Positions 1 through 11,092 of a DNA stretch of 64,000 nt are shown here, piece after piece. Position 1 is the first letter of the stretch. Every line of letters starts with the position of its first letter. The stretch is from the NCBI GenBank assembly GCA_964057225.1, contig OZ059900.1, positions 4,526,001 to 4,590,000 on the forward strand, written 5' to 3'. The notes below the pieces were generated by a model. That model saw only the letters and a list, made by a program, of their open reading frames with translations. It ran no database searches and was not told where the DNA came from. Made by a program: the position numbers and the translations under genes. Source of the stretch: Auanema rhodensis (Eukaryota; Animalia; Nematoda).

Positions 1-1232
1 GATACTTAGGTGATATAGCTACCTGTTCACAAAAAATTGGAAGTCCTGGTTACCATGCATCAAACCCATTAAGATTGTGTTTCTAGACTAATATGACCAT
101 GATGACTTCATTAAATTTCACAGTATTCTTCTATCTTCAACGGTATCCGAGTTACAAATCAAGATCACTTTCTTTGGATACTTAGGTGGTATAGCTACCT
201 GTTCACAAAAAATTGGAAGTCCTGGTTACCATGCATCAAACCCATTAAGATTGTGTTTCTAGACTAATATGACCATGAGAAATTCATTTAAGTTCACAGT
301 ATTCTTCTATCTTTAACGGTATCCGAGTTACAAATCAAGATCACTTTCTTTGGATACTTAGGTGGTATAGCTACCTGTTCACAAAAAATTGGAAGTCCTG
401 GTTACCATGCATCAAACCCATTAAGATTGTGTTTCTAGACTAATATGACCATGAGAAATTCATTTAAGTTCACAGTATTCTTCTATCTTTAACGGTATCC
501 GAGTTACAAATCAAGATCACTTTCTTTGGATACTTAGGTGGTATAGCTACCTGTTCACAAAAAATTGGAAGTCCTGGTTACCATGCATCAAACCCATTAA
601 GATTGTGTTTCTAGACTAATATGACCATGAGAAATTCATTTAAGTTCACAGTATTCTTCTATCTTTAACGGTATCCGAGTTACAAATCAAGATCACTTTC
701 TTTGGATACTTAGGTGGTATAGCTACCTGTTCACAAAAAATTGGAAGTCCTGGTTACCATGCATCGAACCCATTAAGATTGTGTTTCTAGACTAATATGA
801 CCATGGGAAATTCATTTAAGTTCACAGTAGTCTTCTATCTTTAACGGTATCCGAGTTACAAATCAAGATCACTTTCTTTGGATACTTAGGTGGTATAGCT
901 ACCTGTTCACAAAAAATTGGAAGTCTTGGTTACCATGCATCAAATCCTTTAAGATAGTGTTTCTAGACTAATATAACCATGGGGACTTCATTAAACTTCA
1001 CAGTATTCTTTTATCTTTAACGGTATCCGAGTTACAAATCAAGATCACTTTCTTTGGATACTTAGGTGGTATAGCTACCTGTTCACAAAAAATTGGAAGT
1101 CCTGGTTACCATGCATCAAACCCATTAAGATTGTGTTTCTAGACTAATATGACCATGAGAAATTCATTTAAGTTCACAGTATTCTTCTATCTTTAACGGT
1201 ATCCGAGTTACAAATCAAGATCACTTTCTTTG

Positions 1233-3872
1233 GATACTTAGGTGGTATAGCTACCTGTTCACAAAAAATTGGAAGTCCTGGTTACCATGCATCAAACCCA
1301 TTAAGATAGTGTTTCTAGACTACTATAACCATGGGAAATTCATTTAAGTTCACAGTATTCTTCCATCTTTAACGGTATCCGAGTTACAAATCAAGATCAC
1401 TTTCTTTGGATACTTAGGTGGTATAGCTACCTGTTCACAAAAAATTGGAAGTCTTGGTTACCATGCATCACATCCTTTGAGATAGTGTTTCTAGACTAAT
1501 ATGACCATGGGGACTTCATTAAAATTAACAGTATTCTTCTATCTTCAACGGTATCCGAGTTACAGATCAAGATCACTTTCTTTGGATACTTAGGTGATAT
1601 AGCTACCTGTTCACAAAAAATTGGAAGTCCTATTTACCATGCATCAAACACAATACGATAGTGTTTCTAGACTAATATGACCATGGGGACTTCATTAAAA
1701 TTAACAGTATTCTTTTATCTTTAACGGTATCCGAGTTACAAATCAAGATCACTTTCTTTGGATACTTAGGTGGTATAGCTACCTGTTCACAAAAAATTGG
1801 AAGTCTTGGTTACCATGCATCAAATCCTTTAAGATAGTGTTTCTAGACTAATATAACCATGGGGACTTCATTAAATTTCACAGTATTCTTCTATCTTCAA
1901 CGGTATCCGAGTTACAAATCAAGATCACTTTCTTTGGATACTTAGGTGGTATAGCTACCTGTTCACAAAAAATTGGAAGTCCTGGTTACCATGCATCAAA
2001 CCCATTAAGATTGTGTTTCTAGACTAATATGACCATGATGACTTCATTAAATTTCACAGTATTCTTCTATCTTCAACGGTATCCGAGTTACAAATCAAGA
2101 TCACTTTCTTTGGATACTTAGGTGGTATAGCTACCTGTTCACAAAAAATTGGAAGTCTTGGTTACCATGCATCAAATCCTTTAAGATAGTGTTTCTAGAC
2201 TAATATAACCATGGGGACTTCATTAAATTTCACAGTATTCTTCTATCTTCAACGGTATCCGAGTTACAAATCAAGATCACTTTCTTTGGATACTTAGGTG
2301 GTATAGCTACCTGTTCACAAAAAATTGGAAGTCCTGGTTACCATGCATCAAACCCATTAAGATTGTGTTTCTAGACTAATATGACCATGATGACTTCATT
2401 AAATTTCACAGTATTCTTCTATCTTCAACGGTATCCGAGTTACAAATCAAGATCACTTTCTTTGGATACTTAGGTGGTATAGCTACCTGTTCACAAAAAA
2501 TTGGAAGTCTTGGTTACCATGCATCACATCCTTTGAGATAGTGTTTCTAGACTAATATGACCATGGGGACTTCATTAAAATTCACAGTATTCTTCCATCT
2601 TTAACGGTATCCGAGTTACAAATCAAGATCACTTTCTTTGGATACTTAGGTGGTATAGCTACCTGTTCACAAAAAATTGGAAGTCCTGGTTACCATGCAT
2701 CAAACCCATTAAGATAGTGTTTCTAGACTACTATAACCATGGGAAATTCATTTAAGTTCACAGTATTCTTCCATCTTTAACGGTATCCGAGTTACAAATC
2801 AAGATCACTTTCTTTGGATACTTAGGTGGTATAGCTACCTGTTCACAAAAAATTGGAAGTCTTGGTTACCATGCATCACATCCTTTGAGATAGTGTTTCT
2901 AGACTAATATGACCATGGGGACTTCATTAAAATTAACAGTATTCTTCTATCTTCAACGGTATCCGAGTTACAGATCAAGATCACTTTCTTTGGATACTTA
3001 GGTGATATAGCTACCTGTTCACAAAAAATTGGAAGTCCTATTTACCATGCATCAAACACAATACGATAGTGTTTCTAGACTAATATGACCATGGGGACTT
3101 CATTAAAATTAACAGTATTCTTTTATCTTTAACGGTATCCGAGTTACAAATCAAGATCACTTTCTTTGGATACTTAGGTGGTATAGCTACCTGTTCACAA
3201 AAAATTGGAAGTCTTGGTTACCATGCATCAAATCCTTTAAGATAGTGTTTCTAGACTAATATAACCATGGGGACTTCATTAAATTTCACAGTATTCTTCT
3301 ATCTTCAACGGTATCCGAGTTACAAATCAAGATCACTTTCTTTGGATACTTAGGTGGTATAGCTACCTGTTCACAAAAAATTGGAAGTCCTGGTTACCAT
3401 GCATCAAACCCATTAAGATTGTGTTTCTAGACTAATATGACCATGATGACTTCATTAAATTTCACAGTATTCTTCTATCTTCAACGGTATCCGAGTTACA
3501 AATCAAGATCACTTTCTTTGGATACTTAGGTGGTATAGCTACCTGTTCACAAAAAATTGGAAGTCTTGGTTACCATGCATCAAATCCTTTAAGATAGTGT
3601 TTCTAGACTAATATAACCATGGGGACTTCATTAAATTTCACAGTATTCTTCTATCTTCAACGGTATCCGAGTTACAAATCAAGATCACTTTCTTTGGATA
3701 CTTAGGTGGTATAGCTACCTGTTCACAAAAAATTGGAAGTCCTGGTTACCATGCATCAAACCCATTAAGATTGTGTTTCTAGACTAATATGACCATGATG
3801 ACTTCATTAAATTTCACAGTATTCTTCTATCTTCAACGGTATCCGAGTTACAAATCAAGATCACTTTCTTTG
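1233..3872. repeat. 8-monomer (1408-bp) higher-order duplication, E-F-G-D-A-D-A x2
   Basis: The same type order starts at 1233 and at 2641. Both copies carry the private GACTACTA variant in E and CAGATC followed by TGATA. Confidence 0.85.
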
Positions 3873-4400
3873 GATACTTAGGTGGTATAGCTACCTGTTC
3901 ACAAAAAATTGGAAGTCCTGGTTACCATGCATCAAACCCATTAAGATTGTGTTTCTAGACTAATATAACCATGGGGACTTCATTAAATTTCACAGTATTC
4001 TTCTATCTTCAACGGTATCCGAGTTACAAATCAAGATCACTTTCTTTGGATACTTAGGTGGTATAGCTACCTGTTCACAAAAAATTGGAAGTCCTGGTTA
4101 CCATGCATCGAACCCATTAAGATTGTGTTTCTAGACTAATATGACCATGGGAAATTCATTTAAGTTCACAGTAGTCTTCTATCTTTAACGGTATCCGAGT
4201 TACAAATCAAGATCACTTTCTTTGGATACTTAGGTGGTATAGCTACCTGTTCACAAAAAATTGGAAGTCCTGGTTACCATGCATCAAACCCATTAAGATA
4301 GTGTTTCTAGACTAATATGACCATGGGGACTTCATTAAAATTAACAGTATTCTTCTATCTTCAACGGTATCCGAGTTACAAATCAAGATCACTTTCTTTG

Positions 4401-7400
4401 GATACTTAGGTGGTTTAGCTACCTGTTCACAAAAAATTGGAAGTCCTGGTTACCATGCATCAAACCCATTAAGATTGTGTTTCTAGACTAATATGACCAT
4501 GATGACTTCATTAAATTTCACAGTATTCTTCTATCTTCAACGGTATCCGAGTTACAAATCAAGATCACTTTCTTTGGATACTTAGGTGGTATAGCTACCT
4601 GTTCACAAAAAATTGGAAGTCCTGGTTACCATGCATCAAACCCATTAAGATTGTGTTTCTAGACTAATATGACCATGGGGACTTCATTAAAATTCACAGT
4701 ATTCTTCCATCTTTAACGGTATCCGAGTTACAAATCAAGATCACTTTCTTTGGATACTTAGGTGGTATAGCTACCTGTTCACAAAAAATTGGAAGTCCTA
4801 TTTACCATGCATCAAACACAATACGCTAGTGTTTCTAGACTAAAATGACCATGGGGATTTCATTAAAATTAACAGTATTCTTTTATCTTTAACGGTATCC
4901 GAGTTACAAATCAAGATCACTCTCTTTGGATACTTAGGTGGTATAGCTACCTGTTCACAAAAAATTGGAAGTCTTGGTTACCATGCATCAAACACAATAC
5001 GATAGTGTTTCTAGACTAATATAACCATGGGGACTTTATTAAAATTAACAGTATTCTTCTATCTTCAACGGTATCCGAGTTACAAATCAAGATCACTTTC
5101 TTTGGATACTTAGGTGGTATAGCTACCTGTTCACAAAAAATTGGAAGTCCTGGTTACCATGCATCAAACCCATTAAGATTGTGTTTCTAGACTAATATGA
5201 CCATGGGAAATTCATTTAAGTTCACAGTATTCTTCCATCTTTAACGGTATCCGAGTTACAAATCAAGATCACTTTCTTTGGATACTTAGGTGGTATAGCT
5301 ACCTGTTCACAAAAAATTGGAAGTCTTGGTTACCATGCATCACATCCTTTGAGATAGTGTTTCTAGACTAATATGACCATGGGGACTTCATTAAAATTCA
5401 CAGTATTCTTCCATCTTTAACGGTATCCGAGTTACAAATCAAGATCACTTTCTTTGGATACTTAGGTGGTATAGCTACCTGTTCACAAAAAATTGGAAGT
5501 CCTGGTTACCATGCATCAAACCCATTAAGATTGTGTTTCTAGACTAATATGACCATGAGAAATTAATTTAAGTTCACAGTATTCTTCTATCTTTAACGGT
5601 ATCCGAGTTACAAATCAAGATCACTTTCTTTGGATACTTAGGTGGTATAGCTACCTGTTCACAAAAAATTGGAAGTCCTATTTACCCATGCATCAAACAC
5701 AATACGATAGTGTTTCTAGACTAATATGACCATGGGGAGTTCATTAAAATTAACAGTATTCTTTTATCTTTAACGGTATCCGAGTTACAAATCAAGATCA
5801 CTCTCTTTGGATACTTAGGTGGTATAGCTACCTGTTCACAAAAAATTGGAAGTCTTGGTTACCATGCATCAAATCCTTTAAGATAGTGTTTCTAGACTAA
5901 TATAACCATGGAGACTTCATTAAATTTCACAGTATTCTTCTATCTTCAACGGTATCCGAGTTACAAATCAAGATCACTTTCTTTGGATACTTAGGTGGTA
6001 TAGCTACCTGTTCACAAAAAATTGGAAGTCGTGGTTACCATGCATCAAACACAATAAGATAGTGTTTCTAGACTAATATAACCATGGGGACTTCATTAAA
6101 ATTAACAGTATTCTTCTATCTTCAACGGTATCCGAGTTACAGATCAAGATCACTTTCTTTGGATACTTAGGTGATATAGCTACCTGTTCACAAAAAATTG
6201 GAAGTCCTATTTACCATGCATCAAACACAATACGATAGTGTTTCTAGACTAATATGACCATGATGACTTCATTAAATTTCACAGTATTCTTCTATCTTCA
6301 ACGGTATCCGAGTTACAAATCAAGATCACTTTCTTTGGATACTTAGGTGGTATAGCTACCTGTTCACAAAAAATTGGAAGTCTTGGTTACCATGCATCAA
6401 ACCCATTAAGATTGTGTTTCTAGACTAATATGACCATGAGAAATTCATTTAAGTTCACAGTAAGTTTTCTATCTTTAACGGTATCCGAGTTACAAATCAA
6501 GATCACTTTCTTTGGATACTTAGGTGGTATAGCTACCTGTTCACAAAAAATTGGAAGTCCTGGTTACCATGCATCGAACCCATTAAGATTGTGTTTCTAG
6601 ACTAATATGACCATGGGAAATTCATTTAAGTTCACAGTAGTCTTCTATCTTTAACGGTATCCGAGTTACAAATCAAGATCACTTTCTTTGGATACTTAGG
6701 TGGTATAGCTACCTGTTCACAAAAAATTGGAAGTCTTGGTTACCATGCATCAAATCCTTTAAGATAGTGTTTCTAGACTAATATAACCATGGGGACTTCA
6801 TTAAACTTCACAGTATTCTTTTATCTTTAACGGTATCCGAGTTACAAATCAAGATCACTTTCTTTGGATACTTAGGTGGTATAGCTACCTGTTCACAAAA
6901 AATTGGAAGTCCTGGTTACCATGCATCAAACCCATTAAGATTGTGTTTCTAGACTAATATGACCATGAGAAATTCATTTAAGTTCACAGTATTCTTCTAT
7001 CTTTAACGGTATCCGAGTTACAAATCAAGATCACTTTCTTTGGATACTTAGGTGGTATAGCTACCTGTTCACAAAAAATTGGAAGTCTTGGTTACCATGC
7101 ATCAAATCCTTTAAGATAGTGTTTCTAGACTAATATAACCATGGAGACTTTATTAAATTTCACAGTATTCTTCTATCTTCAACGGTATCCGAGTTACAAA
7201 TCAAGATCACTTTCTTTGGATACTTAGGTGGTATAGCTACCTGTTCACAAAAAATTGGAAGTCCTGGTTACCATGCATCAAACACAATACGATAGTGTTT
7301 CTAGACTAATATGACCATGGGGAGTTCATTAAAATTAACAGTATTCTTTTATCTTTAACGGTATCCGAGTTACAAATCAAGATCACTCTCTTTGGATACT

Positions 7401-8979
7401 TAGGTGGTATAGCTACCTGTTCACAAAAAATTGGAAGTCTTGGTTACCATGCATCAAATCCTTTAAGATAGTGTTTCTAGACTAATATAACCATGGGGAC
7501 TTCATTAAAATTAACAGTATTCTTCTATCTTCAACGGTATCCGAGTTACAAATCAAGATCACTTTCTTTGGATACTTAGGTGGTTTAGCTACCTGTTCAC
7601 AAAAAATTGGAAGTCCTGGTTACCATGCATCAAACCCATTAAGATTGTGTTTCTAGACTAATATGACCATGATGACTTCATTAAATTTCACAGTATTCTT
7701 CTATCTTCAACGGTATCCGAGTTACAAATCAAGATCACTTTCTTTGGATACTTAGGTGGTATAGCTACCTGTTCACAAAAAATTGGAAGTCCTGGTTACC
7801 ATGCATCAAACCCATTAAGATTGTGTTTCTAGACTAATATGACCATGGGGACTTCATTAAAATTCACAGTATTCTTCCATCTTTAACGGTATCCGAGTTA
7901 CAAATCAAGATCACTTTCTTTGGATACTTAGGTGGTATAGCTACCTGTTCACAAAAAATTGGAAGTCCTATTTACCATGCATCAAACACAATACGCTAGT
8001 GTTTCTAGACTAAAATGACCATGGGGATTTCATTAAAATTAACAGTATTCTTTTATCTTTAACGGTATCCGAGTTACAAATCAAGATCACTCTCTTTGGA
8101 TACTTAGGTGGTATAGCTACCTGTTCACAAAAAATTGGAAGTCTTGGTTACCATGCATCAAACACAATACGATAGTGTTTCTAGACTAATATAACCATGG
8201 GGACTTCATTAAAATTAACAGTATTCTTCTATCTTCAACGGTATCCGAGTTACAAATCAAGATCACTTTCTTTGGATACTTAGGTGGTATAGCTACCTGT
8301 TCACAAAAAATTGGAAGTCCTGGTTACCATGCATCAAACCCATTAAGATTGTGTTTCTAGACTAATATGACCATGGGAAATTCATTTAAGTTCACAGTAT
8401 TCTTCCATCTTTAACGGTATCCGAGTTACAAATCAAGATCACTTTCTTTGGATACTTAGGTGGTATAGCTACCTGTTCACAAAAAATTGGAAGTCTTGGT
8501 TACCATGCATCACATCCTTTGAGATAGTGTTTCTAGACTAATATGACCATGGGGACTTCATTAAAATTCACAGTATTCTTCCATCTTTAACGATATCCGA
8601 GTTACAAATCAAGATCACTTTCTTTGGATACTTAGGTGGTATAGCTACCTGTTCACAAAAAATTGGAAGTCCTGGTTACCATGCATCAAACCCATTAAGA
8701 TTGTGTTTCTAGACTAATATGACCATGAGAAATTAATTTAAGTTCACAGTATTCTTCTATCTTTAACGGTATCCGAGTTACAAATCAAGATCACTTTCTT
8801 TGGATACTTAGGTGGTATAGCTACCTGTTCACAAAAAATTGGAAGTCCTATTTACCCATGCATCAAACACAATACGATAGTGTTTCTAGACTAATATGAC
8901 CATGGGGAGTTCATTAAAATTAACAGTATTCTTTTATCTTTAACGGTATCCGAGTTACAAATCAAGATCACTCTCTTTG
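4401..8979. repeat. 8-monomer block duplicated at an 18-monomer offset (4401-5809 vs 7571-8979, shift 3170)
   Basis: Shared rare markers in the same order: TGGTTTAG, ATACGCTAG/TAAAATG/GGGGATTT, then an E-like monomer followed by F-B'-H. Two single-base differences were noticed. Confidence 0.85.
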
Positions 8980-11092
8980 GATACTTAGGTGGTATAGCTA
9001 CCTGTTCACAAAAAATTGGAAGTCCTATTTACCATGCATCAAACACAATACGATAGTGTTTCTAGACTAATATGACCATGGGGACTTCATTAAAATTAAC
9101 AGTATTCTTTTATCTTTAACGGTATCCGAGTTACAAATCAAGATCACTTTCTTTGGATACTTAGGTGGTATAGCTACCTGTTCACAAAAAATTGGAAGTC
9201 TTGGTTACCATGCATCAAATCCTTTAAGATAGTGTTTCTAGACTAATATAACCATGGGGACTTCATTAAATTTCACAGTGTTCTTCTATCTTCAACGGTA
9301 TCCGAGTTACAAATCAAGATCACTTTCTTTGGATACTTAGGTGGTATAGCTACCTGTTCACAAAAAATTGGAAGTCCTGGTTACCATGCATCAAACCCAT
9401 TAAGATTGTGTTTCTAGACTAATATGACCATGATGACTTCATTAAATTTCACAGTATTCTTCTATCTTCAACGGTATCCGAGTTACAAATCAAGATCACT
9501 TTCTTTGGATACTTAGGTGGTATAGCTACCTGTTCACAAAAAATTGGAAGTCTTGGTTACCATGCATCAAATCCTTTAAGATAGTGTTTCTAGACTAATA
9601 TAACCATGGGGACTTCATTAAATTTCACAGTATTCTTCTATCTTCAACGGTATCCGAGTTACAAATCAAGATCACTTTCTTTGGATACTTAGGTGGTATA
9701 GCTACCTGTTCACAAAAAATTGGAAGTCCTGGTTACCATGCATCAAACCCATTAAGATTGTGTTTCTAGACTAATATGACCATGATGACTTCATTAAATT
9801 TCACAGTATTCTTCTATCTTCAACGGTATCCGAGTTACAAATCAAGATCACTTTCTTTGGATACTTAGGTGGTATAGCTACCTGTTCACAAAAAATTGGA
9901 AGTCCTGGTTACCATGCATCAAACCCATTAAGATTGTGTTTCTAGACTAATATGACCATGAGAAATTCATTTAAGTTCACAGTATTCTTCTATCTTTAAC
10001 GGTATCCGAGTTACAAATCAAGATCACTTTCTTTGGATACTTAGGTGGTATAGCTACCTGTTCACAAAAAATTGGAAGTCCTGGTTACCATGCATCAAAC
10101 CCATTAAGATTGTGTTTCTAGACTAATATGACCATGAGAAATTCATTTAAGTTCACAGTAAGTTTTCTATCTTTAACGGTATCCGAGTTACAAATCAAGA
10201 TCACTTTCTTTGGATACTTAGGTGGTATAGCTACCTGTTCACAAAAAATTGGAAGTCCTGGTTACCATGCATCGAACCCATTAAGATTGTGTTTCTAGAC
10301 TAATATGACCATGGGAAATTCATTTAAGTTCACAGTAGTCTTCTATCTTTAACGGTATCCGAGTTACAAATCAAGATCACTTTCTTTGGATACTTAGGTG
10401 GTATAGCTACCTGTTCACAAAAAATTGGAAGTCTTGGTTACCATGCATCAAATCCTTTAAGATAGTGTTTCTAGACTAATATAACCATGGGGACTTCATT
10501 AAACTTCACAGTATTCTTTTATCTTTAACGGTATCCGAGTTACAAATCAAGATCACTTTCTTTGGATACTTAGGTGGTATAGCTACCTGTTCACAAAAAA
10601 TTGGAAGTCCTGGTTACCATGCATCAAACCCATTAAGATTGTGTTTCTAGACTAATATGACCATGAGAAATTCATTTAAGTTCACAGTATTCTTCTATCT
10701 TTAACGGTATCCGAGTTACAAATCAAGATCACTTTCTTTGGATACTTAGGTGGTATAGCTACCTGTTCACAAAAAATTGGAAGTCTTGGTTACCATGCAT
10801 CAAATCCTTTAAGATAGTGTTTCTAGACTAATATAACCATGGAGACTTTATTAAATTTCACAGTATTCTTCTATCTTCAACGGTATCCGAGTTACAAATC
10901 AAGATCACTTTCTTTGGATACTTAGGTGGTATAGCTACCTGTTCACAAAAAATTGGAAGTCCTGGTTACCATGCATCAAACACAATACGATAGTGTTTCT
11001 AGACTAATATGACCATGGGGAGTTCATTAAAATTAACAGTATTCTTTTATCTTTAACGGTATCCGAGTTACAAATCAAGATCACTCTCTTTG
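6338..11092. repeat. 6-monomer block duplicated at a 21-monomer offset (6338-7394 vs 10036-11092, shift 3698)
   Basis: The TAAGTTTTCT insertion monomer (6461, 10159) is followed in both copies by C-Dc-B-D' and an H-like monomer. Confidence 0.85.

Noticed and set aside
48-102. Cluster of 6-7-bp palindromes (GGTTACC, ATGCAT, TCTAGA, CCATGG) as regulatory sites
   Set aside because: A few such sites are expected by chance in 176 bp. They are useful as restriction markers (BstEII, NsiI, XbaI, NcoI ladders), but there is no evidence of function.
31-175. Strong 10-bp A/T-tract periodicity (DNA bending)
   Set aside because: A/T tracts are present (31-38, 62-64, 69-72, 80-82, 111-118), but by eye the spacing is not clearly distinguishable from chance in AT-rich DNA. 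It needs a spectral test.
1-176. Tandem 5S rRNA, tRNA or snRNA gene array
   Set aside because: There is no recognisable 5S sequence, cloverleaf, Pol III A/B/C boxes or snRNA sequence, and the monomer is AT-rich.
1-176. Assignment to a named satellite (alpha satellite, Arabidopsis CEN178, Brassica CentBr) or a CENP-B box
   Set aside because: There is no convincing full-length match from memory. A short resemblance (TTTGGATAC..GTGGT) to my recollection of CentBr is not enough. No TTCG....A..CGGG motif was seen. A BLAST search is needed.
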